64,000 nucleotides of DNA, taken from positions 1 to 64,000 of the forward strand of contig CAVYHV010000023.1 in assembly GCA_963768425.1 (NCBI GenBank). Reading direction: 5' to 3'. How positions within the stretch are numbered: position 1 is the first letter of the stretch; each line of letters opens with the position of its first letter. The notes below the pieces were generated by a model. It was given only the letters and a program-made list of their open reading frames with translations. It searched no databases and was not told where the DNA came from. Below are positions 1 through 9,561 of the stretch, one piece after another. The position numbers and the translations under genes are program-made. The stretch is from Candidatus Bathyarchaeota archaeon. GTDB lineage: Archaea > Thermoproteota > Bathyarchaeia > Bathyarchaeales > Bathycorpusculaceae.

Positions 1-34
1 TTGTCTGTCGACATTTTATTTTCTCCCAGCTTTT

Positions 35-220
35 TTAAAAGGCGGAATAAATTAGAAGTTTGGAGGATATGCAACCTCTTGTTAGGCAGATTCCTTTAGG
101 TTCACCTTTGTCGATTACTGCGATCTTCGCTTTCGGGCTTCCTTGGATAACACCAGAAGCAAGTTCCGTTCCTGAACCCGATTCAATAACAATTAAGTCA
201 TATTCACTCAAAGCTGCCAC
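35..220 (-). pseudogene. N-terminal fragment of a pyridine nucleotide-disulfide oxidoreductase (dihydrolipoamide dehydrogenase/mercuric reductase family)
   Basis: YDLIVIESGSG (damaged GxGxxG) and GICLTRGCISSK redox CxxxxC motif; stops after 61 aa whereas the family is ~450 aa. Confidence 0.7.
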
Positions 221-529
221 GAACAGCCACTATAAAATTAGAAAGAAATCGTGCCTTAAAGCTATTTCCAAGTCGAGTCGGAATCCTCTAAATTTAATGG
301 ATTCAAGTCTGAAACGGTTTCGGTCCCTACCGGACTCATCCCGAAATCGGCACTTGAGCCCTTAGTTCACTTCGTTAGAACCCTAAGTAGCCAGTACAGT
401 CTAATTATTATGCTCAAATATTTCGGGGTGTAATTTAAACACTTGACCACAGGCGGTAAGCCATGTTTTCATATTGTAATTTGAGCTTAATTATTAAAAA
501 TAGGTTCAGAAACAATTTGAATTTGGAAA

Positions 530-562
530 TGGCGCAGGATGTGAGATTTGAACCCACACGAA
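530..562 (-). repeat. Degenerate tRNA 3'-end fragment (att-like remnant)
   Basis: Minus strand reads GTGGGTTCAAATCTCACATCCTGCGCCA (T-arm + CCA); 16/17 nt match to the T-arm of tRNA-Leu at 1964-2048, same orientation; no 5' half present. Confidence 0.55.
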
Positions 563-789
563 GACCCAAAGACTGAAATGTCTAGCGAAGAAAAACTACC
601 ATCTTAAACTTGCAAATTGGTTTTCAACACTGAAAAAATTGATCACTCTTCTTTGGTTTTAGCTCCTTGAACTAAAAAAACTCCGGTGTAAATTATTTTT
701 ACCGGTAAATTAACCCGTAAGTTTTAGTCCCCCAATCCCACGACAGTCCTTATCTTTATAAATTGGACCCTATTCACTAAATTAACCTC

Positions 790-1178
790 ATGATAAGCCT
801 GAATTTATGGTGTGGAGGGTTAGGTTTACATCTACGTTCAAATTTCACGCAAGAAATCCCTTGAAATCGAATCATCCCGCCATTTTCTAAACATTGGGCA
901 AGCTGGACCAGACTTACTTCCAGATATGGAAAAAGTCCTTAGCCTCAAGCTGAAATTGCTGCTGGAAACAAGAAAGTCAGCGCATTAGAGAAGCGATTGA
1001 TCAACAATGTCTCCAATTGAATCTAGTGGTGGGATAATCACTCATCTTGCACTAATAATTCTCGGAGAGGATAAGATTATTTGAAAAATTGAGTTCAAGA
1101 CCAATTGAGCTGGAAAGATTTGAGGTTACCTCAATCGCTGGTGTTACAAGTCTTCAATTCAAGGTCGTAAACAGTTAG
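790..1178 (+). pseudogene. Decayed dihydrofolate reductase/RibD C-terminal family gene
   Basis: Manual translation across frameshifts gives QAEIAAGNKKVS..DQQCLQLNLV..ILGE/IRLFEKLSSRPIELERFEVTSIAGVTSLQFKVVNS*, a typical RibD_C C-terminus; 5' boundary approximate. Confidence 0.65.
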
Positions 1179-1266
1179 TGCGCCGTGAAAAAAAGTTTAA
1201 ACGCTGGGCTAATGATAGTAAATTAATAATGCAAAGAATATTTTTCAAGCGCGGAAGAATGATACC

Positions 1267-1875
1267 ATGAGAAAAATTATTATCTTATCTTTTATAACAC
1301 TCGACGGCGTCATGCAGGCTCCTGGCGGACAAACAGAGGATACAAGCGGCGGTTTCAAATACGGTGGATGGATAGTTCCGTATTTTGACGATTTTGCGGG
1401 CAAAGTCATGAGCGAGCAGATGGGACATCCGTTTGATCTCTTGCTCGGTCGAAAGACCTACGACATCTTCGCCAGCTATTGGCCCGATCACAATGACCCT
1501 AAGGACCCTGTTGGCTCCGGTATCAACAAAGCGACAAAATTTGTGGCTTCCCATTCACTCTTCAAATCAGACTGGGCAGGCACTGTAATATTACAAGGTG
1601 ATGTTGCTGAAGCAATAAAGAAGCTAAAACAGCAAGATGGGCCGGAGCTTCAAGTTCATGGAAGCGGCAATCTCATTCAGACGCTCCTGAAACAGGATTT
1701 GGTTGATGAATTGTGGCTCAAAATCTTCCCAATAACGCTCGGCTCTGGAAAGCGGCTATTTGCCAACGGAACAGTATCGTCTGCATTTACGCTCATGGAG
1801 TCCAAAACCTCCCCGAAGGGAGTGATCATTGCCTCCTACAAGCGAGCTGGAAAGGTCGAAACAGGATCGTTTTAA
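1267..1875 (+). CDS. Dihydrofolate reductase family (RibD C-terminal domain) protein
   Basis: MRKII..TLDGVMQAPGG, LLLGRKTY, GSGNLIQTL, LVDEL..P..LGSGKRLF. Confidence 0.9.
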   Translation: MRKIIILSFITLDGVMQAPGGQTEDTSGGFKYGGWIVPYFDDFAGKVMSEQMGHPFDLLLGRKTYDIFASYWPDHNDPKDPVGSGINKATKFVASHSLFKSDWAGTVILQGDVAEAIKKLKQQDGPELQVHGSGNLIQTLLKQDLVDELWLKIFPITLGSGKRLFANGTVSSAFTLMESKTSPKGVIIASYKRAGKVETGSF

Positions 1876-1963
1876 ACGAATTTAGAGTGGCAAATCTGCA
1901 ATCATGGCGCCTATTTTTTTGAAATAGCCAATAATCAAACTCTATTTGGCAAAAGGGGTAAAG

Positions 1964-2048
1964 TGCGGAGGGTGGGATTTGAACCCACGAACCCCTGCGG
2001 GATAGGAGCCTCAGTCCTACGCCTTTGGCCATGCTGGGCGACCTCCGC
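1964..2048 (-). tRNA. tRNA-Leu(GAG), intronless
   Basis: GCGGAGG/CCTCCGC acceptor stem, TAGGA-CTGAGGC-TCCTA anticodon arm, long variable arm, GGTTCAAATCC T-loop, discriminator A. Confidence 0.95.
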
Positions 2049-2172
2049 GAGCTTGCTATTGCTATTTGAGGCTGGTGCGGAATATAGAATTCGCTTTGAC
2101 ATTTAAAGGCTTTACTTTAACTGAAGATTATCCTCAATCTAAGACGAAAAATGCCTTAAAAAATTGGGTGAG

Positions 2173-2616
2173 TTAGAGCAGGCGGAAATTTTCTTTCACC
2201 GTGGCTAAGACTACATGCGTATTTGTTCGCTCAATGAAAGGTAGCGCCAGCAGTTTCTTCGTGAAGTGCCCGAGGTCTTCTCTGCTTTTGAACTTGGCAA
2301 CTATGATGGCATCTGTTAAACCCGTTACATCGTAGACGCTGCATACGTTAGGGATTTTGGCTATTTCATTTTCAGTTTCCACAAGTTTGCCCTTGGAAAC
2401 GGTGATTTCAGTAACAACCGTTAACTGGTAACCCAACTTTTCATGGTCAATGATGACTGAGTAGCCTTTGATTAGACCGTCGTCTTCCATCTTTTTGATC
2501 CTTGAAAGGACAGTCCCGACGGAAACGCCTACGTTCTTTGCTATTTGCCTGCTTGAGAACCTGGCATCTTCCAGAAGGCTTTTCAGAATTTTCTGGTCAG
2601 TTTCATTCAATTCCAT
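2173..2616 (-). CDS. Lrp/AsnC family transcriptional regulator
   Basis: DQKIL..L..DAR.S...IAK HTH plus VYDVTGLTD RAM domain. Confidence 0.93.
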   Translation of the reverse strand: MELNETDQKILKSLLEDARFSSRQIAKNVGVSVGTVLSRIKKMEDDGLIKGYSVIIDHEKLGYQLTVVTEITVSKGKLVETENEIAKIPNVCSVYDVTGLTDAIIVAKFKSREDLGHFTKKLLALPFIERTNTHVVLATVKENFRLL

Positions 2617-2840
2617 GATGACACCATTCTGCACGTTTTTTCAATTAAACCCCTGTTTTTGCAACAGTATTTTAATTATCGTACGATTATGTTAATAAAA
2701 GTTTAGTTTGCAGCCTCACCCAATGTATGAATCATTGAAGTCTAAACGCTTTTTGAAAAGCCAATTCTCGGCGGGGTTTGACGCGAAATAGATAGCAATC
2801 TTAAATTACTAGCTTAAACCCCAATAGTTTGACTCCCAAA

Positions 2841-4391
2841 ATGCAATCCAAATATGACACCATCTTGGTTCTGGACTTTGGAGGGCAGTACTGTCATCTC
2901 ATAGGCAGAAGGATTAGAGAAAATGGCGTTTACTCAGAAATAGTTGCATATGACATAACGCCCCAAGAAGTGAAGGCTCTCGGCGAGAAGTTCAACGTTA
3001 AAGGTTTGATTCTTTCAGGTGGACCCTCAAGTGTCTATGATAAAAACGCGCCCAAAGCGGACCCGGGCATTTTAGACTTGAACCTTCCCATTTTAGGTTT
3101 GTGCTATGGACACCAGCTTTTAGCCCAGTTAACAAAGGGCAAAGTGGAACCTGCGGCATGCAAGGAATACGGAACTGCACAAGTCACCATTGACAAGCCA
3201 GTAGGTGTCTTGGCGGGGCTAAGTGGAAAAGAAAAAGTGTGGATGAGCCACGGTGACACGGTTTTTTCGCTGCCTTCAGAATTCGAGGAGCTGGCGCACA
3301 CCGAAAGCTGCCCCGTTGCAGCGTTCAGGCACAAGAGCAAGCCCATTTACGGGTTACAGTGGCACCCGGAAGTGCTTCACACTGAAAACGGCGCGCGGAT
3401 GCTGCACAATTTTATATTTGAAGTTTGCAAGTGCCAACCCAACTGGAAAATGGAAGATCTCATAGGCAAAATGGTTGCCGAAATCAAGTCGGAAATAGGT
3501 AACAACAAAGCCATAATCGGGTTAAGCGGAGGCATCGATTCAGGCGTAGCAACTGCGCTCGCGGCGCAGGCACTCGGAGACAGATTAACAGCGGTTTTTG
3601 TCGACCACGGGTTCATGCGGGAGGGAGAACCTGAGGCAATATGCAAAGCTTTTGGTAAGTTGCCCATCAACTTTGTCATGGCAAATGCACAAGACCGCTT
3701 CATGAAAAAGCTCAAGGACGTGATTGACCCTGAGATGAAGCGCAAGGCAATCGGCGAAGAATTCATCAGGGTTTTCGAGGAATACGCTGAAAAATCAGGC
3801 GCACAATACCTGCTTCAAGGAACCATTTACCCTGACAGAATCGAATCAGGTTGCCGAAAAAACTCAGATTTAATCAAGACTCATCACAACGTTGCGGGAA
3901 TCCCTAAAAACGTCAAATTCAAAAAAATCGTTGAGCCACTTCGCGACCTCTACAAGGACGAAGTGCGAAAGGTTGCTAAAATGCTCGGGTTACCCAAGGA
4001 ACTGGTCAACCGCCAACCTTTCCCAGGCCCTGGCTTAGCAGTCCGCATAATCGGTGAGTTAACTCCTGAGAAGGTGGCTATAACAAAGAAGGCTGACGCA
4101 ATCGTTCGTCAAGAAATCGAAAAGAACGGGTTGGCCGAAAACCTGTGGCAGTACTTCGCAGTTTTAACTGACACCAAAGCGACAGGTGTTAAAGGTGATT
4201 CAAGGGCTTACGGATATGTGGTTGCTGTTCGAGCGATGGAAAGCCAAGAAGCCATGACCGCCAACTTCGCCCAAATTCCATATGCAGTGCTAGAGAAGAT
4301 TTCAACTCGAATCTCAAACGAGATCCCAGAGGTTACCCGCATAGTCTACGACATCACCCACAAGCCGCCAGCAACCATCGAGTGGGAATAG
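2841..4391 (+). CDS. guaA: GMP synthase (glutamine-hydrolysing), fused GATase+ATPPase
   Basis: LDFGGQY, GLCYGHQ, QWHPEV, SGGIDS, PFPGPGL, KPPATIEWE C-terminus. Confidence 0.97.
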   Translation: MQSKYDTILVLDFGGQYCHLIGRRIRENGVYSEIVAYDITPQEVKALGEKFNVKGLILSGGPSSVYDKNAPKADPGILDLNLPILGLCYGHQLLAQLTKGKVEPAACKEYGTAQVTIDKPVGVLAGLSGKEKVWMSHGDTVFSLPSEFEELAHTESCPVAAFRHKSKPIYGLQWHPEVLHTENGARMLHNFIFEVCKCQPNWKMEDLIGKMVAEIKSEIGNNKAIIGLSGGIDSGVATALAAQALGDRLTAVFVDHGFMREGEPEAICKAFGKLPINFVMANAQDRFMKKLKDVIDPEMKRKAIGEEFIRVFEEYAEKSGAQYLLQGTIYPDRIESGCRKNSDLIKTHHNVAGIPKNVKFKKIVEPLRDLYKDEVRKVAKMLGLPKELVNRQPFPGPGLAVRIIGELTPEKVAITKKADAIVRQEIEKNGLAENLWQYFAVLTDTKATGVKGDSRAYGYVVAVRAMESQEAMTANFAQIPYAVLEKISTRISNEIPEVTRIVYDITHKPPATIEWE

Positions 4392-4453
4392 AAATTTCCA
4401 TAACGGTTTATATTAAAAACAACCAATACACTACTTAACAAAGGTGACTCTAA

Positions 4454-5539
4454 CTGAAAGCGTTGATCTTGGCAGGCGGCTTCGCAACGAGACTGCGCCC
4501 GTTAAGCTGCTCACGACCCAAAACCCTTTTCCCGATTGTAAACAAGCCGTTGCTCGAATGGATTTTTGAGAAACTGGCAAGAGACGGCTGCGAAGAAGCC
4601 ATATTGGGAGTCAACGCACTGACCCAGTTCTACATAAAACAGCATCGTCTCCACAGACACGGCTTGAAAGTTAAGTTTTCCGTTGATCCTCCTAGGATGC
4701 CCTTGGGAACCGCTGGACCAGTAAAGAAGGCTGAGCGTTTGTTGGGTCATGATGAACCATTTATCGTTTTGAACGGCGACATCTTTGCGGATCTAAATTA
4801 TAGAGAACTCTACAACGCACACGTGAAAACTGGCGGCCTGGCAACAATTGCACTTTGTAAAGTGGAAGATCCTTCTAGGTATGGGGTTGCCGAAATAGGA
4901 AGTAACAGCCAAATAAGCCGGTTCGTTGAAAAACCGCCAAAGGGCAAAGCGCCAAGCAACTTCATAAACGCAGGAGTGTACGTTCTAAGTCCCGAAGTCT
5001 TTAACTACATTCCCTCGGGAAAAGCCGTCTCAGTTGAGCGTGAGGTTTTCCCCAAACTTGCAGAAGAAGGAAAACTCTATGGACACTTCATTAAAGGCTT
5101 ATGGATTGACATAGGCAAACCCGACGAGTACCTGCAAACCAACAAATTGATACTTGACACCTGGGTCAGCACCCAAAAACAGAAGAAACCAAAAAGCTTC
5201 GAGATTAAAAACCCCATTGCATTTGACAAGGGCGTGTCAATAAATGAAAAATCCATAATTGGCCCATACGCAATCCTCGGAGAAAACGTCAAAGTTGGCA
5301 AAAACGTGCTGATAAGCAACTCAGTTGTTTTTCCACACGCATTTATCGGCGACTTTTCAGTGGTTGACGGAGCGATAATCGGGGAGGGAGCACGCATCGG
5401 GAAACAGGTTACGCTAAGCAATGGCTGCATTATTGGTGACCACGCAAAAGTCAAAGATAATTCGCATCTTTCAGAAGCGTCTTCGGTTTGCCCCGCAAAA
5501 GAGGTGGCTGAAAACATTATAAAACCCAAGGTTAACTAA
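4454..5539 (+). CDS. NDP-sugar pyrophosphorylase (mannose-1-phosphate guanylyltransferase-like) with hexapeptide-repeat tail; probable CTG start
   Basis: KALILAGGFATRLRPLS..PK, LGTAGP, NGD, FVEKP, WIDIG; GGTGA SD at 4443-4447 precedes CTG at 4454. Confidence 0.9.
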   Translation: MKALILAGGFATRLRPLSCSRPKTLFPIVNKPLLEWIFEKLARDGCEEAILGVNALTQFYIKQHRLHRHGLKVKFSVDPPRMPLGTAGPVKKAERLLGHDEPFIVLNGDIFADLNYRELYNAHVKTGGLATIALCKVEDPSRYGVAEIGSNSQISRFVEKPPKGKAPSNFINAGVYVLSPEVFNYIPSGKAVSVEREVFPKLAEEGKLYGHFIKGLWIDIGKPDEYLQTNKLILDTWVSTQKQKKPKSFEIKNPIAFDKGVSINEKSIIGPYAILGENVKVGKNVLISNSVVFPHAFIGDFSVVDGAIIGEGARIGKQVTLSNGCIIGDHAKVKDNSHLSEASSVCPAKEVAENIIKPKVN

Positions 5540-5561
5540 TAACTAAAATGAAGTGAAGTTT

Positions 5562-6929
5562 ATGAGCGAAAGAAAACTTTTCGGAACCAACGGCATCCGA
5601 GGTTTAGTCAACGTTGAGTTGACGCCTGAAATGGCAATTAAAGTTGGCTGTGCAATTGGGACTTTTTTCGGTAGAAAAAACCTGCTTGTCGGGCATGACG
5701 CACGGACAAGCGGCAGTATGCTTTCTAAAGCAGTTATTTCGGGTTTAACATCTACTGGATGTCACGTGTTTTTCGCGGGGATGGCGCCTACACCCGCCTT
5801 GCAGTTCGCAGTTAGGAACCACAAGATGGACGGCGGTGTAATAATCACAGCTTCACACAACCCGCCTGAATATAATGGTATCAAGGTTATTTGGAGCGAC
5901 GGGATTGAGACGTCTCATGAGCAAGAAGTCGAAATAGAGAACCTCTACTTCGACAACAAGATTGTCTTCGCCGAATGGGACAAATTAGGCATGGTGCAGG
6001 ATGTGCCTGGGATCAATGACGAGTATGTCCAGGCGATTAAGAAACATGTTAATCCACAGAAAATTGCACAAAAGCACTTTCATGTCGTTGTAGATGCAGC
6101 TAACAGTGTCGGAGGCTTAACAGGACCCCAACTTGTCAGAGAACTCGGATGCAAGGTTACCAGCATCAACGCCAATATCGACGGCACATTCCCAGGGAGA
6201 ATGCCAGAGCCCAGACCCGAAAACCTAACCGACTTATCCGCAACTGTAAAAGCGATCGGCGCAGATATGGGCGTAGCTTTTGACGGCGACGCTGACCGAT
6301 CAATTTTCGCCGACCACAACGGAACAATTTACTGGGGAGACAAAACCTTTGCGATAGTCATAAAACAGTTCCTTGCAAAGAATCCAGGCGCAAAAATCGT
6401 CACTCCTGTGAGCTCCTCGACTCTCATAAAAGATACGGTGGAAGCTTACAAGGGCGATTTAATCTGGACTAAAGTTGGAAGCGTCACGGTTTCCCAAAAA
6501 ATGAAAGAAGTGCATGCAAAGCTTGGTGGCGAAGAAAACGGCGGAATCTTTTATGGCCCACACCAGGCCGTGCGAGACGGAGCAATGACGACCGCCTTGC
6601 TGCTGGATATAATGGCTCAAACAGGGAAGAGCCTTTATGCGTTGGTAGCTGAGCAACCTCAGTACTTCCTAGAGAAAGGAAAAATCGAGTGCCCCGACGA
6701 CAAGAAAGAAGTTCTTCTGAAGAAAATCCTCGAGCAGATAAAGGGCGAAAACATAAGCACCATCGATGGCGTCAAGATTTGGTTCAGTGACAACAGTGCC
6801 ATCCTAATCAGGCCAAGCGGCACAGAACCCGTGTTCAGGCTGTACGCTGAGGCAAAAAATCCAGAAAAAGCATTAAAGCTGGTTAAAGACTACAGTTCAA
6901 TCCTTGAAAAAGCCCTCAAAACCCTTTAG
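5562..6929 (+). CDS. glmM: Phosphohexomutase (phosphoglucosamine mutase/PMM-PGM family)
   Basis: LFGTNGIRG, TASHNP phosphoserine loop, FDGDADR metal loop, IRPSGTEP. Confidence 0.9.
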   Translation: MSERKLFGTNGIRGLVNVELTPEMAIKVGCAIGTFFGRKNLLVGHDARTSGSMLSKAVISGLTSTGCHVFFAGMAPTPALQFAVRNHKMDGGVIITASHNPPEYNGIKVIWSDGIETSHEQEVEIENLYFDNKIVFAEWDKLGMVQDVPGINDEYVQAIKKHVNPQKIAQKHFHVVVDAANSVGGLTGPQLVRELGCKVTSINANIDGTFPGRMPEPRPENLTDLSATVKAIGADMGVAFDGDADRSIFADHNGTIYWGDKTFAIVIKQFLAKNPGAKIVTPVSSSTLIKDTVEAYKGDLIWTKVGSVTVSQKMKEVHAKLGGEENGGIFYGPHQAVRDGAMTTALLLDIMAQTGKSLYALVAEQPQYFLEKGKIECPDDKKEVLLKKILEQIKGENISTIDGVKIWFSDNSAILIRPSGTEPVFRLYAEAKNPEKALKLVKDYSSILEKALKTL

Positions 6930-6959
6930 CAAGCTCTTTGCCGTGGAGAAAACCAGCCG

Positions 6960-8297
6960 ATGCCCAACGTTCTAACCTTAAAAGCAGACGAAATTGACAC
7001 CAACGAGAAGCGTTCAAAGCTTTTGGTTGGCGTTGTAGGATGCGCGCGGAAGGGAATTCTTTATGCTTACGCGTTTGCTCAAGCAGGCTTCAAAGTGACC
7101 TGTTCAGACGCCGATCCAAGTGTTGTAAAAAAACTGGCAAAGGGAAAAACACCATTTAGGCAGCCTGAAATTGAAGGCAAAATCAAGACCCTAATCAACA
7201 CGGAGCAATTGAACGTTACAAGCGATTTGAAAAAGGCCGTTTCTAGAAGCGACATTGTAATTGTCGCTGTTCCTGCAAAAGTTGACGAAAAGAAGAAAAT
7301 TGACTATTCAGAAGTACTAAGCACTCTGAAGCAGGTCGGCGGGGCATTGCATTCGGGCATGATGGTTATTTACGGTGAAGTTGCAGGCTTGGGATTCACT
7401 GAAGGGGCAATGAAGGAAACGTTGGAGAACACGTCAGGATTAAAGGCGGGCCAAGATTTCAGTTTAGCGTACGTTCCGATACGTAACTCGCAGGTCAAGT
7501 TGTTTGCCGAACCAGTCTCGGTTCTGGAGTTGAAGCTTGCAGTCGTTGGAAAAACAGGGTTGGATGCAGTGCTCAACTTGGTAAAAACAGCAGTCAAAGA
7601 TGTTAAACCGATAGGCGATGTGAAAACGGCAGAGATAACGACGCTTTTTGCGGCTGCTCGGCAGGATACGAACATGGCTTTAGCAAGTGAATTGGCTGTT
7701 TTCTGCGAAAACGCGGACATTGATTACTTCAAAATTCTGAAACTTTCTGAGTTCAATGACCCAAGCTTTTGGCCTACAGCCAATGACGAGGAAAACAGGA
7801 ATGAAGCGTATCTTCTGCTTGAAGGTGCAGAGAACCTCAACGTGAAGCTTAGGCTGCCGAATCTGGCAAGACAGATAAGCGAAGAAATGGTTAAACACGC
7901 GGTTAATCTGACACAGGAGGCTCTTCGAAGCTGCAACAAAACGTTGAGAAGAGCGAAAATCGCTGTTTTAGGAAGCGTTAACCCCAACACAACCGCCGTT
8001 GCTTTTGTCAAATCTCTGTTGCTGAAAGGCGCTAAAACCAACCTTTATGACCCTGCTTCAAAAGGGGACGCATTAGATTTAGGAGACGTGAAAAGCAGCT
8101 TTAATGAAGCTGTTGAAGGCGTCGACTGCGTAGTGATACTTACAGGTGAAGAACAGTTTAAACATCTTAACCTAAAGAAACTTAAAGCAATGACGAAGAC
8201 GCCTTCGGTCATCGTGGATTTGGCAGGCGCCTTCGAGCCAAGGGCAGTGGAAGCAGAAGGCTTCATATACCGTGGATTAGGAAGAGGAACAGGATAA
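6960..8297 (+). CDS. UDP-glucose/GDP-mannose dehydrogenase family homolog with degenerate catalytic motifs
   Basis: Family architecture kept (LENTSGLKAGQDFSLAY, YDP, C-terminal YRGLGRG) but no GxGxxG and no GGHC catalytic Cys. Confidence 0.8.
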   Translation: MPNVLTLKADEIDTNEKRSKLLVGVVGCARKGILYAYAFAQAGFKVTCSDADPSVVKKLAKGKTPFRQPEIEGKIKTLINTEQLNVTSDLKKAVSRSDIVIVAVPAKVDEKKKIDYSEVLSTLKQVGGALHSGMMVIYGEVAGLGFTEGAMKETLENTSGLKAGQDFSLAYVPIRNSQVKLFAEPVSVLELKLAVVGKTGLDAVLNLVKTAVKDVKPIGDVKTAEITTLFAAARQDTNMALASELAVFCENADIDYFKILKLSEFNDPSFWPTANDEENRNEAYLLLEGAENLNVKLRLPNLARQISEEMVKHAVNLTQEALRSCNKTLRRAKIAVLGSVNPNTTAVAFVKSLLLKGAKTNLYDPASKGDALDLGDVKSSFNEAVEGVDCVVILTGEEQFKHLNLKKLKAMTKTPSVIVDLAGAFEPRAVEAEGFIYRGLGRGTG

Positions 8298-8299
8298 AA

Positions 8300-9269
8300 A
8301 TGAAGAAAATTGGTGTTGCAGTAATCGGAACAGGCTTCTGGGGAAAAAACCACGCAAGAATCTACAAAGAGTTGCCTTCAACCGAACTCATTGCAATTTG
8401 CGACGTTAACCCGGAAAGAGCAAAAGCCATCGCTGATCAATACGGCGTGAAAGCGTACACAAGTAGCTCGCGCATGCTAAAAAACAAGGAAATAGACGCC
8501 ATAAGCATCTGCACATGGTCAACGGTTCTGGCTAAAGAAGCGCTTAAAGGGTTGAGGGCAGGCAAACATGTGCTGGTTGAAAAACCCATGGCGACCAACT
8601 CGAAGCAAGCGGAGAAGCTTTGTAGCATTGCAGAGCAAAACGGGCTTGTCTTGACGGTTGGCTTTTTGATGAGGTTTATTCCTGGGTCTGCAGGTTATCC
8701 GTGAATCAGTTGAAAAAAGAAAAATCGGTGACCTAGTCTGCGCAAACGCCAAGCGCGTTTCGCAGTGGCCTGAGAGAATAGGCGACGTCGGAGTTGTCAA
8801 GGACACCGCAATACATGACATTGATGTTATGCGGTTCATTTCCCAGCAGGATCCCATCACCGTTTACGCAAAGATGGGAAGCATGAAGCATCACAGATTT
8901 GAAGACTATGCGCACATAATGCTCACATACAAAAACGGGGAAAGCGCCTTCATAGAATCCAACTGGCTGACGCCATACAAAACGCGAACGTTAACGGTGA
9001 CGGGGAGCGACGCAATAATGCGGCTGGACTATATCACACAAGATTTGTGGATCGAACAGCAAAAAGAAACGTTGCAGCCAAGGTACCCATTTCAGGAGCC
9101 GCTTAAATGCGAACTCCAGCACTTCGCTGAATGCGTAATTGAAAAGAAAAAACCGCTCATAACTGGAGAAGATGGCGTAAAAGCCCTACAAATTGCAGAA
9201 GCTGCCATGCAGTCTTCTGCCAAGAACAGGGCAGTTAACCTGAAAAGATTAGAAACTACTTTAAACTGA
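8300..9269 (+). CDS. Gfo/Idh/MocA oxidoreductase, frameshifted at ~8685 (extra G)
   Basis: GTGFWG..H, HVLVEKP; removing one G of GGG 8684-8686 gives RFIPGLQVIRES..GVVKDTAIHDID continuous with ORF 8829-9269. Confidence 0.88.
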
Positions 9270-9525
9270 AGGGTTTTCCTTCAGTGACTATTTTCTCAGG
9301 AATCTTCGCCTTCCATTTTTTCAAGAAGGGCAAGTCATCTGTTTCTTTTCGAAGTTCATCTGGAAGCATTTCTGGAATTTCGTCTCTAATCGGGTACCAG
9401 CGCAGGCATTTGGGGCAAACAATTAGACCTTCCACGATTTCATCTTTTTCCTCGAAGACGTGAAGTTCAAGGGGATGATACTTGTCGATTGGGCAAGCCA
9501 GAATATCCATAAGTTTACGCTTCAA
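9256..9525 (-). CDS. trm112: Trm112 methyltransferase activator
   Basis: LMDILACP..K..L, EG.IVCPKC.RWYPI.DEIP.ML. Confidence 0.92.
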   Translation of the reverse strand: MKRKLMDILACPIDKYHPLELHVFEEKDEIVEGLIVCPKCLRWYPIRDEIPEMLPDELRKETDDLPFLKKWKAKIPEKIVTEGKPFSLK

Positions 9526-9561
9526 AGTTCATCACAAAACAAATAGTTAGTGTCTATGCTA

